NCBI RefSeq assembly: GCF_037042905.1
Contig: NC_087245.1
Coordinates: 33,110,001-33,174,000, forward strand
Source of the DNA: Lytechinus pictus
Taxonomy: Eukaryota
Direction of reading: 5' to 3'
Length of the DNA: 64,000 bases
Below are positions 51,729 through 64,000 of this stretch, piece after piece (positions within the stretch are counted from its first letter, which is position 1; every line of letters begins with the position of its first letter). The notes beneath the pieces were generated by a model. That model was not told where the DNA came from. It did not search any database and worked only from the letters and a program-made list of their open reading frames with translations. The position numbers and the translations under genes are program-made.

Positions 51729-51865
51729 GGGCATTTTACGGTAACTGACGTTTCACGGCACAATTTTACACACCTTTCATTGTGTGTATGATTATCTCTA
51801 AAACAACAAATGAAAAGTGTGTAAAATTGTGCCGTGTATAAACGTCAGTTAACGTGAAAATGCCC
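51729..51865. mobile_element. Palindromic MITE, AT TSD with GGG/CCC termini (ISL2EU-like)
   Basis: CATAT|GGGCATTTT...AACTGACGTTT.ACGGCACAATTTTACACAC is mirrored by GTGTGTAAAATTGTGCCGTG...AAACGTCAGTT...AAAATGCCC|ATATG. Confidence 0.85.
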
Positions 51866-51976
51866 ATATGTGCTTAAATACAAAGCAATAATGGATGATC
51901 CTAAAATAATGTTCATTCATTAACCACAAGGGTCTGTTTAATAACAAGTACAGTATTTTTGCTTTATAAAGATTAA

Positions 51977-52377
51977 TACCCCTTTCATAAACCCAATAAA
52001 ACCCAATTATGCGGCTAATAGCAGCATAATTTGGTCGTAAAATCAGAAAAGGACAAGAGTTATCCGCATTATTCTGATGCTGCTATTATCCGCATAATAG
52101 CTGCATCGGGACAAGATTTTGAGTTTATGAACATATTTCCAAAATAATGCGGCTAATTGCCATGGTGCGGTCACAAGGTCACCCTTTTCCAACACAACCG
52201 CATCGGAGGGGGCGTGTCCAGTTGTCATGACGATTATCCGCCTTTTTCAGGACGGGCGCTCGTAAAAATAATGCGGATAATTTTCGGAATTTGTAAACGC
52301 TATTTTTATTGAATTATCCGCATTACTCTTAGGCGGCTAATTGGAGGATAGGTTTTATTGGGTTTATGAAAGGGGTA
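51977..52377. mobile_element. MITE with 27-bp TIRs (Harbinger-like TNA flanks)
   Basis: TAA|TACCCCTTTCATAAACCCAATAAAACC ... GGTTTTATTGGGTTTATGAAAGGGGTA|TGA; internal repeats GCGGCTAAT and TTATCCGCAT. Confidence 0.87.
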
Positions 52378-53253
52378 TGAGTCATTCAATATCAAGTGCT
52401 ATTGGGCGCACCAACATGAATCTATATATAATTATGTCTTGCCGATTCCTAGACTGTATGTTGAGTTGACACAAAGAGTAATAACACCCAACCCCTTCCT
52501 AAAAACTGTTTAATACTCTTGATGTAAAGTCTGTTATGACCAAAACCAAGGTATTGAACCCTCGACTCTCCATGGGGGGGGGGGTGGCTAACCATCTAAC
52601 CACACACTGTTACAAAATACATGCTTTTTTCCTTTTAAATATATGATATGTCAATTAAGTCTCGTTTACGTAAAGGGCCGACCACGGGGTGATAATATCG
52701 AATTAAATTATATTAAAAAGGGTTACTGGGTAATAAGTACATTAGTCACAACAAAAATTGTAGGTCAATATACTTCAATAAACCTCTGAGGGTGGGGGGC
52801 ACTCAAATTATATTTTGATGGGGATGTGCCTCACGAAGCCCTGAAATGGGGGTCTAAGGAACTGACCACAGGGGTAGAATACAGGGTCTTGTTCCAAAGG
52901 GTGCCAGATATATCCATTTGAGTTGGAATAAATGTCAATATAACAACAGCTTCTATTCTCTCCCTACTTCAAATTCCTTCCAAATACACAGCAGTACCTG
53001 CTCCCAGGTAATTAAAATGCTTCAAAAGAACTTCCCAAACCCCAAGAACCAAGGATAATACAGGATCAAGGTGGATAGAGTACTCACAATGGAAAAATAG
53101 ATTGATGACTCTTACAATATTACAGGCATTGATCTAATCCAGGACTGGAATAATGGTGTAATAAGGGATTAGTTAAGTGTCCAGAGATGACATGTAAATA
53201 GGTGTATTATAAGACAGGTGGACTATGGATCTATGCAGCATATGTTGGTCATA

Positions 53254-53716
53254 GAGGCTGTTCTCACTACGTTCCTAAAACTAGTTTACTGGGAACCGGT
53301 TCAGAAAGCCAGTTTGGAAGATCGCTTTGCTAGCGTTCTCACTTGATCACACGAAAGTGGTTTTCAAAATCACTTCACGTATAGCGCTCTTGTTGCTATG
53401 GAAACGCTCTCAGTGGGGAGACACGTTTCGCGCGAAATTCGAAACCGCAGCATAGGCATTCTACACCTGTCGTGTGGAGTAGCGCGCTCAAAATGTGCGA
53501 AGATCGCTTCCCGAAGAACGGTTGTGTCCTCACTTACGCTAAAACCACTTTTCCGATGCGAAGCGATCTTGAAAACTACATCGCGAGGTGGTCTTCCAAA
53601 CTGGTTTGGAAGAGCGCTTCCAAGAGCGCTTCGACCGTTCTCACTTAGCGTTAAACTAGTTTCCACTAAACTAGTTTCCACTAAACTAGTTTAAGGAACT
53701 GAGTGAGAACAGCCTC
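53254..53716. mobile_element. MITE with TIRs and internal palindromic motifs
   Basis: TA|GAGGCTGTTCTCACT...TTCCT.AAACTAGTTTA ... TAAACTAGTTTAAGGAA...AGTGAGAACAGCCTC|TA; 15-bp tandem ACTAGTTTCCACTAA near the right end. Confidence 0.87.
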
Positions 53717-53814
53717 TAAGGTAAAACTTAATCAATATCCTGATAGAAATACTAATCAAACGTATTCAACAACTGTTGTAGACAATATTGTGTCACAGCA
53801 AGGGTAATAATATT

Positions 53815-53967
53815 GGTTTCATGACATTTGCTCCGTCGACAATTGCTCTGCTCTAAATTATACACACTTATCGAATGATCAACTTCAACCCTGGGTTCAA
53901 CCCTAACCCTACATCATACACAAAATTAAGCCAGTAGAAATTGTCGCAGGAGCAAATGTTGTGTCAC
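53815..53967. mobile_element. Short element with inverted repeats and a central AACCCT repeat
   Basis: ACATTTGCTCC..CGACAATT versus AATTGTCG..GGAGCAAATGT, flanking AACCCTAACCCT. Confidence 0.6.
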
Positions 53968-56900
53968 AAATAATATCATACATTGTAAAGTAAAGTAGAG
54001 CCTTATAAGCATTCATAGTTGCCCTGCTTTAAAAAGAAATACATTACAATTTGATATGTAATGTCTAAGATAGGACATCACATACCTATATAAAGCTGCA
54101 ATATCATATTCCGTTAAAAAATTGCATGATTTGAGTAGTTGCCAGATTGTAAAATCATGGCGATTGTAAAGACAAGAACAAAAGGAGATGCCTCGTGAAT
54201 ATTTGTAAGAATTTAATGTATTTTTGGGCAGTACTTCTTATCATCTTACATAATAATTGTTGAATATTACTTGACATGAAATAATGACATATTAATATAT
54301 GTGGGTAATTCCATAAAATGCGTACATATCCAACCCCCTATGTAGTATGTAATCACATGGGACCTTCCTGAGAGAAAAACTGGGGTCAGACAAACAAAAC
54401 AGGTTGATTATTTTATGGATATATATGCCTACGAACCTTCCCCTCTCTAAGCTAAATTAATAAAGAATTTAAAAGGCTACACAATAGCACAGCAATATAT
54501 GATTAGATTTTGCATTGCTTGATGCTATTACAACGAATCAACATGATATCTTATTTCACCCCCTAACTGGTATAAACAGTCTAAAATTGTCATATTGGCA
54601 AAGGAAAGCAAAAAAAGGGTGATTTAATAGGCCTTTTGTTTACTGGGCAATGAAAAATAAGTGCATTGCCATTAACAGTCAATGTTACCCACCCAGCTAG
54701 AACAGTGTGGTTTACTGACGAGTATTTGTTACAAAATTGGTTTTTGATTTGGGGGTGTTTTCTCATATAAACAGTTGCAGAGGATTTTGACTATTGTTCC
54801 CCACAATGCTAAATAGTACGTGCGGACTTAGTGATATATCCGGCCAAGCCTGTGCTTCTTTTTTTTTCTAGTTCAAAATGAGGTTAAATGTGGGAGGAAA
54901 ACAATTTCACGAATAAATGTGAAGCACCAACTATTCTAAACAAATTATTCTTCTTTTGTTACTTTTACTCCATTTAGTAACACATCCAGGGTTATATCTG
55001 ATAGGTCAGACGTTGTGTGATGAATAAGAAAAGAATGCTAATTATAAAATCTTTACTGCCATTCCCATCTGAATGTTAAAACCCCCAAATATTAGAACAA
55101 CATTTGATATTAGAAACTATCATTATACTGTGACAAATATCTTCAATTCAGTGTAAGAAGTAAAAAAGGGTGAAGCTGAAATATAATTTTTTTTCAGATT
55201 TGGTGTGCTATATTACTTCTTTTTAAAAATTCATTGTTTGCACTGTATTCAAACGAAAAACAAATTTGCTACATTTCTTACAATGAACGTCCCTCTTATA
55301 TTTGAATTTCTTATGATGTTACGATTCACATAGTATACAAACTGCATACACACTTCATGAATTTCTTGTCTTCAACCACAATGTTAAAGATAAAAAACTA
55401 ACTCTGTACTCTCTCCTTTGTTTGACAGTCTTTTCTATTTGAAGGATTAAAATGAGATAGATTCTGAACATTTGACAGATAGCTCTGAATATGCACAAGT
55501 TCTGTGACCATTTAATTCATTCAGGGCATCGAACCACTTGTTCTTGGACCAGAACTGAATTATGGATTCAATTCTTATAAAAGGTCAACAATTTAATTCA
55601 ATACCACAATGTATGGCTGTGGTCCATTTGAAATGGAATACAAACAGGAAACAGCAAATTTAGCCAAATATGTCACAAAAATGAGATTTCTACAATTAAT
55701 CAGTTTTAACTCTATCAGGGGGATTAATTAAAGCAGTATCGTGATATGTAATACTATGCATCTCAAAAAGTCTGAGGGACTACTGCAGCTGCTCGGTAGT
55801 CTTTAAGGTCTAGACCCTTATGTGGTTAATAAAATTGCAATTCAATGAAGCTGAAAAATTCTAACAGAAATTTCTTGATACAGACTTACATTCTATAATT
55901 CTTTTGAAGGCATTTATTCTAAAACCTGACATTAATGGGGGAATTGAATTGCATTTCACAACATTAAAATATTAATTATTAAAATAAAATCCTTGATTGA
56001 ATTATGACAGAATTATGACTGTAAAGTTCCTATCAAATTTGAATATATTTTAGGATATCTCAAAATTAGACTAAACTCAAAGCTATTTTTCATTTATCAT
56101 TTGGTAATTTCTCTTTTTTGATAGAAAAAACTTAAGTCCTTAATATATCACAGGAAAATAGTAGGGCCTGCTGGGAGAACAGTTTTCGGAACCGAAGTGG
56201 CTACCCTGGGTAAATATACATTATTATTAATATAAAAATAATTATTTTGTTTATAACAACAACATATTAACTATATAACTGGAAATGAATATTATTACCT
56301 TTTGTACTCTCCTCAATTTTTATTTTTATCTTGTATTCTTTCTTGGGAGTGTCGCGGCCTAGAGGTTTTGACTCGAAATATTAATATTATTATTCTGCTT
56401 CAAAAAGAATGAAAATGAAACTTGAAAATTAAAAAAAATCTTCAAAGATGAGCAAAGGCCCTCAAATAATACATCACCATCAAGAATCACTTAGTACAGA
56501 TCCCTACACACTCTTTTACAGAAATTAAACTGTGGTTTGTGACTTAATCACTCAGATCTTGACTAATCCTACTAATTGCCATGGCGATAGACTGACAAAT
56601 CTTAGACTCTGAAACACTTGACTGCAATATGAAATTCTATCAACAACTTCCTCAGAAAATTCATAACTACAGAAAGGAAAATCTCTCCTCGAAATTTCAT
56701 GTCAGAAATCTTTATCTATTGCACAACTATTTCCTTCGCAGGAATCGCTAATGGAAGAGTAATAACTTCGCCAGATCAAGAAAGAAAATGCTTTTTTGAC
56801 AGATGCCATCTTGCATTCTGCGATGTGTTCAGACTGGCAGATCGCAAAACAAATTATTCACACAGCTGTGTGTTCAATTTTACATGTATATATCTATTTT

Positions 56901-59900
56901 TTCAGTCTGAACTTTATTATTGAAAAATTGCATTAACATTAATGAATCGCATGCATATGATAATAAAAAATAATATTCGCTTTTATTTTGCACTTAACAA
57001 AGACATTTCTAAGTGATTAACATGATATACATGTATACCATAACCTAATTTATCAGATCTTGGCTTGTTCGCACACAATGTACAAGTATGCACTTTCTTC
57101 ACTCCGTGGGGAGTATTTCAAACTAAATTTTTGCATAAAAGTGTATATATCATTCGTATTCAAAGTAAAATCTCAATATCTACTCCAGGGTTCCGCTTTA
57201 GTCCAAAATTAATTTCATCGAAATTGTAGACCTCACATCTGGGTGGGACATATCATATGTATCAACTGATGATTGGCTGGCTGACATATTGATTAGCCCC
57301 GTATAATTCAAATAAACTTTTTAATATATCCAATAATATATAATTGAGTTTTTGTTACTTTTTCCATTCCTTTTTCAATGATTTTTTAAACGTTGCTTGG
57401 TATGATTATTGCATCCAGTTTGTGTTGTGTGAACAGTCTCTCGTTGCTTGGTTGATTTCATTGAATGCCCAGGAAACGTTGATCATGTGATGCAATTTTC
57501 TGCAAGGTCATGTTCTGACTTATCGTGATTACAAATCCATCATAAGTCAAGAGATGAACATGAAATGACTCAAAGATTTCTTGCATAAGATTTGAAAATT
57601 CCCTAAATTTAAATTGGTTTTCCATATCTGTGGTCTGTAACATAAAGCTTAGTGTTCAATTGGAAAGGGGAGGGGCACTGTATTTATGATTGATCATACA
57701 CGGTAACCCATGCAATCAATCACAGAAATCATCTAAATAATCAATTACTAAGCTTTGTAAATAATAGATCCAGATCTGTGGAACAAAATCAAGTTATGTT
57801 CATTGAAAATAAGAGATACACAGAAAATTTGCAACTGAATGTAATTTTATTATTATATATTACATGGAACTTGAATGATTTTCAAATAAAAACACTGAAG
57901 AACAAAAGTGTTCACATAATTTGCACAATCAATGTTCACATAATTAGCACAATCAATGTCAGTTTTTATGTTATGAACTTGCACACATGCATGCTCTCAC
58001 AACTAATAGGCCTACAGTTCTTTAATAGCTTATACATATAGGATAAAGAATTTTCAAAGGTTTGTACTTCAAACAAATAAGCTAATGAACTATCATCAAT
58101 GAAGTTTAAATTGGCATGGCATATAACAAAGATGAATTGGTGATTGTACAGGTAATATAATGTAAATGCTTTTTCTGACATAATTGATAAAAAGTTGGCA
58201 ATCATCATAACAAATGCTTTGGTTAAGAATCTATGGGCAATACAGAAGGGTTTTTATGTATTTACTTCTTCAATTTTCTATGTTTTGTCTTGTCATGATG
58301 AAACAAACTCTGTGTAGGAAACATTTCAGAACACATGATGCAGTGGCAACTGCACAGTTCAATCAATACCTTACACAAGTCAATCAAGTTAACCCTACGT
58401 TAGTTAGACCTCACTCACTATGAAATGCCAGTTGTGAAAGTGAAAAGTCTCCAAAAATAAATGAGGAGAAAATTAGTATGACATGAATGTTTATGAAGTA
58501 TACCTTACAAATGAATAAAAAAAATATTTAAAAAATATGTGGGACATTGTATCAATATTGCTTCGAATAATACCGGACATTTGATGGAATTCCATGCTTA
58601 TTTTGCTCATTTCTCAGCAATTACGCATTTTCTTCCAAAGCTATTTGGCACATATTTTTTTATTCATAGGCCTACTTACAAATACTTTGGTGGTATATTG
58701 GATTCTGTTTGAACTCATTTTGAGATTGTTACCACAACTGGTATTTATCTTTAATCTTAAAATTTGTATCCAAAGAGATAGCATTTCAATGTCTGAAGAT
58801 GCATCCTTGCCTTATGAATCAATGAATAAAATAAAGAAATAATCTTTTAATTATCAAGAACTAAATCCCAGATCAACTGTAACCCGAGTAATTTGTCGAA
58901 CATGACGCAGGCATCAAGATGAGAGCATATTGATTGATTAACGATTGCCCAATTCAGGTTTTACATCCCACAAATTGGGAAGCAATATGAGCAAATTAAA
59001 GACAATGGAGGACCTGACATTCAGGATCGACGATGACCTTTCAGGCAAAGTATGCCCGAACACGAAGCAAAACGACTATTTTCATGTATCTGCACACAAG
59101 TTGATTTATCGGGTAAGACTCCTGGCCAAATCAGGGCTTTCACCAATTCAATTAAAAGCCTCTCTTCGTGGGTAGTGATATATACGCACTTGACAAGGAT
59201 ATGGGGGCTGGGCCTGTATTCATACTCCACATTGAATTTCAGGGGAAACTACAAGCCCGGAAGGGTTTGTTCATATATTTTGTTTGGGCCTTGCAAAGCT
59301 GAAAGGACCCCAAAGAATAATACTACATGTAGTACATGTAAGTCTCTTTAAAAAGAAAACTTATCTATTTGAAGAAGTCTTTGAAATGTTTTTACTCGTA
59401 TGTTTACTTATTTATGAAATACCACTGCATTGAAAAGACAGATTATTTTCTATAAAGTTGTCAGGGAACTTTGTTGTTTTCAAACTATAATTTTATGAAA
59501 TATACTGTATGGTTTTCAATATCACCAATGCAACTGACCACCTTCTGTAGGCTACCTCTTAATAATATTTCATGAATAATATTCCTCTGACAAAATACAA
59601 TATAAGTGAAGCAGATAATGATCACTCACTTCTGATAAACTTTGCTATTAATTTACCCATGTGAATACTATCATCGCTTACATTCTAAGAATAGCATCCA
59701 TATTTAGGTTACCCCTATTTCATTACCACCAGCATCCACAGAACTTAAGTACAATTTAATTTGGCAACTAGTCTGCTAAATCTATAATTGTTGGACTTTG
59801 ACCAACCAAACATAACCACATTTATGTCCATGATATAAAGTGACCTCAATATATCTGACCCAATAGCCTACTTTACAAAGTCTACAACTACTCAAAATGT

Positions 59901-59989
59901 ATTACAGGAAAAGTGAGAACTAATCAGAAATTAAATTCCATATGAAAATAATGCAAATGATGATAATACTAGGCAGGTATAAGGAATAT

Positions 59990-60749
59990 GGGCAGTTCCA
60001 CAGTTACGGAGTGACATTCAGAAACAACTTTTTTGCATTCAAACAAAGATATCACCCATATTTGAATAGTTATTTGCCAAGAAATGGTACCTGACAGTAG
60101 TTGCTGAAACCCACTTTTCAAAGTGATAACATTTGTTATTTTAATCCACTGAATTAATGAGATAATAGTCATAAACATGGTTACGGTGTGACGCAAAATG
60201 GACATGCATATTTGAAGAGAAAACATATTGCTTAAACTCTGTGAATTTTGAATTGCTATCATAATTTTGATTTATTGATTGGATTCTATGTTGTTCTAGC
60301 TGTAATATGCTGCATTACATTAAAAAATTGGTGTATTATTTCATTAATTACGACTTAAAACGTAAACCCATACCCGGTTACGGAGTGACATCAGAAATAT
60401 CCACTCACGGGCAGCGTAAAATGAACTTATATTTTAAAAATTTTGTTTGATATGATGTAAAATGATGACCTTCAGATTATCCAAAAGAAAATTTTACAAA
60501 ACAAGCAATAGTTTTCTGTTAAATTGAAATGAAGTAAAAAACAATATATGTTGTCCCATGTATAGAATTTCTTGTATGGTTTCGATTCTCCTATAAGGAG
60601 ATGCGTAAGAAAAAAAAATTGTGGCTAATTATTTTCCCCTTTTGTATTTATGAAATTCCATATGAGTTTTGATAGAAAACTTTGATCCAGATTTAAAATA
60701 GAGCCAATATAAATTTTTGGCAAATGTCCACTTTTGCTTGGAATTGCCC
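59990..60749. mobile_element. Non-autonomous DNA transposon with GGG termini and subterminal direct repeats
   Basis: GGGCAGTTCCA ... TGGAATTGCCC ends; GTTACGGWGTGAC three times (~60003, 60180, 60377); related GGGTAATTCCATAAAAT ends at ~22001 and ~54303. Confidence 0.65.
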
Positions 60750-61113
60750 ACATCTAGGATTTTTCTACTAGCTGAGGTGTACATCATTTCCCAACTGAAA
60801 CAACACTTTCCCTGGATAAAACAATCTCGCAAAGAAAAATTCACATCATTATTTTATACTATTAACATAGATTAAAACAATTGAATTAAAAAACTTTTTT
60901 TTTAAACATGGGACCCGGAAGTGAACATAGAACATTGTGAGAGAGCGTGAAATTAAGAAGCATAAAATGAAGAAATTTCACGTATTACAACCGTTATCCA
61001 TCAAAACATGAAATGATACTCGAGTACCAAGAGTGCTGAGCAAGAAGTACTCACCATTCTGTCGCTGAATGGAAAACATACAAAAGGATACACTAGACAG
61101 AGGCATGGATAGA

Positions 61114-61250
61114 GGAGGTGTGGTAGCTCCGTCAAGAGCAGGGGTTTAGATTTTAAGTGACCCTGGTTCAATTCCCACTTCAATTCCCGCTTTGTTAAGG
61201 CATTTACCCTTATTACCAAGTCCCTCAGAGAGGACCTTAATCTGTCAGTA
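61114..61250 (+). mobile_element. Degenerate tRNA-derived SINE
   Basis: A-box-like TGTGGTAGCTC and B-box-like GGTTCAATTCC followed by a non-tRNA body; does not fold into a full cloverleaf. Confidence 0.5.
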
Positions 61251-62541
61251 AGTTGGTTGCTTACTTACAAGCAATCATGCTTTCTTAGCAATTAGATAAA
61301 AAATCAGCACCACAGAGGACAATTGAGCAGATTCATTAAGTTGGACACAATTAAGGGGGAAAGAATTGAGCATATTAAATTCATAGGAAGGAAGAAACAA
61401 AACGTCAGATGCCGTCTCTATGCAAATTGAGGTATTAAAAGATGCGAGTGAGAGTATTACATAATTCAAACAAATCCCCCTTTCAAAGACACCATAAATA
61501 ACTCTAACTCTAGCTACAATTATTGGGTTAATCATTGAAAACACACTCCTCATTAAAAAAAAAGAGGACCAATTCTCAAATATTGACACAGAGCTGGTGA
61601 CAGAGCGCTGGGAAACGAAATCTGAAATTTGACCAGCAAAATGTCAAGTGTTGGTCTCATAGGTGGGCAGGGTTTTGTGGACAAGGAGAAGAGACGATTA
61701 ATTGAAGGGTTAATATTTGAATTAGCCTGTGTGTTGGTGTGGCTTGTAATGATATCTTAAGGCTGTATCTAGGGTAGGAAGAAGATAATCTAACTTTTTA
61801 AATGTTTTCTTTTCAGGTAGATTTGTTTATTACTTGGTGGATAAATAATACAGAAGATGCATTCATCTCTTTCCCTTTTTTCTCTCTCTTCAGTTGATAA
61901 GTTTAAATTGACTAAATTAAATAATACACTTTTAAGCACTGATAAAGTGATGAAATAATAAGGAGAGAGAGTTAGACAGAGAGAAGGAGAGGGAGAGATT
62001 AGACAGAGAGACAGAGACAGGTGGATAATGGTCAGAGAGGGAAATAAAGCGACTAGGTGAGAGATAATAAATTAATCACACAAAATATGTTCTACTGATT
62101 TTGATGAAAGACTGCCCTCTGTAGTATCCAGCAAGAAAGTTTTTTAAACATAAGAAGAGATTACTTTGTGGATATGGGTGCAAAACAGTCTCATCATTTG
62201 GTTCTGTCATGTATGATGTCACATGGTCTTAATCAAACAGTCAATAATCGAAATAAAGAAATATAGAAAGATATTTAAAAAATCATTACAGAAATGAACA
62301 AAAGAAAAATGAACTACCAAGCGATAAAGTTGAAAAATTAAAACTGTATTTTACAATGCAATTTGAGAAGAAATTTGAAACAATTCTTTGTACAGGATAA
62401 TGTCATAAGTTGATATAATTCACTTTGAAAATAATAAAAGAAATCATATATCAAAAGCAACATGTTAATGTAATCCTTGATAAAAAAATTAGACGAGGCT
62501 GAGTAAATTATGGAACGTTAGGAAATGAAACAATTACTTAC

Positions 62542-63247
62542 TTGCCAAGTGAAGACCTCTGTCTCCTGTTATCATAGATGGTCCTGTATCCTGCACCACC
62601 ATTAGGAAGAGAGTCATCAACAGGCTCCTTAGCAGCCTTACGATGTCTATCGCTGAATGTCGGGTACTGCACCGGTGGTTTAGGCTGGTTGAGCAGGCGC
62701 TCGTTTAGGGTTGCCGATGGCTGCTCTGGTGACACCGGTGCTTGCTCTGATGGTACGTCTTGTTGAACCTGCTGTTGGGTCTGCTGCAGGATTGGTGGTT
62801 CTTGGTGCTGCTGAAATGGCTGCTGCTGCGGTTGCTGCTGCTGAAGGGTCTGTGATACAGGCACACTCTCTGTCTGGGTGATCTCCCGCACCTCCACCCT
62901 CTGGTGCATAATGGAAGGTTCCTGACCGGGGCCAGTCATCACCCCCCTCTGTGGAGTGCTCTGGACCGTTCCATACGACATCGGGGGTGAGATCTGCTGA
63001 ACAGTGGAGTAAGAAGATGGTGCTGAGGCGGGCGGGGCGGTGACATAAGACACAGGTGATGATGGTGAGTTTTGGACAACACCGTGAGAGGCTTGAGGGG
63101 CAGAGGTTTTCACAATACCAAAGGTAGGTGATGGAGATCTGGCCTTGACTGAACCATATGTTGGAGGGGGTGCCACGGTCCCTTGGTGAGGCTGTGATGC
63201 TGGAGCCTGGTACTGTTGACTGGGAACCGGAGAATGAACAGGTGCAG
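62542..63247 (-). CDS. TNS: Tensin large Pro/Ser/Gln-rich exon (disordered central region)
   Basis: Acceptor ttttttcatctctaccag|CT, donor AA|gtaagt. 706 nt open frame AAPVHSPVPSQQYQ...YRTIYDNRRQRSSLG, phase 1 to 2. Assigned to tensin by strand, order and phase continuity, not by a domain match. Confidence 0.8.
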
Positions 63248-63888
63248 CTGGTAGAGATGAAAAAATAAATCTCTATATTTATTCATATTCAAAATCATTG
63301 CTTCCCTAGCTGTAATGCTGCCCAAGGTGTGGCTAATGAACCTATATTGTATGTGCGCAGGACTGAATCTGATGACCGTGGTAAAGTCCATCTGTAATTA
63401 CTTTATGTAAATTCACAAAAATTAACATCTCTATTACTGATGGCACCTGACAAATCATTGATAAAAACATTTTCACAAAATCTTTCTAAGAATCTATTTG
63501 TTACATGAACTAAATTTAATGAAGCCAAGAAGAAGTACGGTAAGAGAAATAAATGGTTACTCATCTTACAGCAATATTTCCATATTCCCAATGCTATGTT
63601 ACCTTATTTAGTATATGTGACACACCAGTGTTTAAATCCCTGTACACTAAATACTTGAATCTTGTATTTGAAAGAGAACATCTTGATAGGACGCTGAGTT
63701 TCAACCAAATGTAATGAAAACTTCCTTAACAATTGCTATAAAGTCAGTGTCACACGATGATCCCAATATCAAAGTTAAGATTGAAATAAAAATAAACCTT
63801 AACTAAACCCTAAGCCAAGCTGAATTTCCATTGTAACCTGAAACAGACCCAACCAGTATAATGAGTAAGATTCACATCTTTTACATAC

Positions 63889-64000
63889 CTTGCTGCCATG
63901 CATCTTGACCCGGGTATTGCTCCTTCCTATCTATGATGACCTGAGCCTCAACAGGAACCACCTGGATAGGTCCAAGCTCCACCGGATGGAGCCGCACCTC
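63889..64000 (-). CDS. TNS: Tensin exon (partial, continues beyond the window)
   Basis: EVRLHPVELGPIQVVPVEAQVIIDRKEQYPGQDAWQQ, then AAG|gtatgt donor; phase 1 matches the next exon. Confidence 0.75.

Noticed and set aside
53370..53694. Overlapping ~100-aa ORFs on both strands
   Set aside because: They lie inside a palindromic MITE, and the repeated TKLVS comes from a 15-bp tandem repeat.
60001..60395. CRISPR-like array (GTTACGGWGTGAC repeats with unique spacers)
   Set aside because: Eukaryotic intron context, only three short repeats ~180-200 bp apart, inside an element with inverted termini.
61114..61190. tRNA gene
   Set aside because: A/B-box-like motifs only; no intact cloverleaf, and it continues into a SINE-like body.

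Overview
AT-rich metazoan genomic DNA; the repeat repertoire looks echinoderm/sea-urchin-like, which is inference only. The whole window lies inside a tensin-family gene on the minus strand. Pro/Gln-rich linker exons sit at 63.9, 62.5-63.2 and 42.4-42.6 kb, and three SH2-domain exons at 23.2, 21.9 and 4.8 kb; all are phase-compatible, and the PTB exons presumably lie left of the window. A full-length, ORF-intact Ty3/Gypsy LTR retrotransposon (6464-14555, + strand) is inserted antisense in the intron between the last two SH2 exons. It has an ATAT TSD, a tRNA-Ser PBS, a PPT, and gag and pol joined by a UUUAAAC -1 frameshift with a predicted pseudoknot. The most striking feature is LTR asymmetry: the 3' LTR carries a 1402-bp GT-AG intron-like segment (13062-14463) that is removed base-precisely from the 5' LTR. 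The LTRs are identical over the 394 bp upstream of the junction but differ at 5 positions in the 92 bp downstream, suggesting an intron-bearing LTR and a provirus made from two differently spliced RNA templates. The remaining introns hold many MITEs, SINE fragments and microsatellites. All calls are from reading the sequence; no database search was possible.
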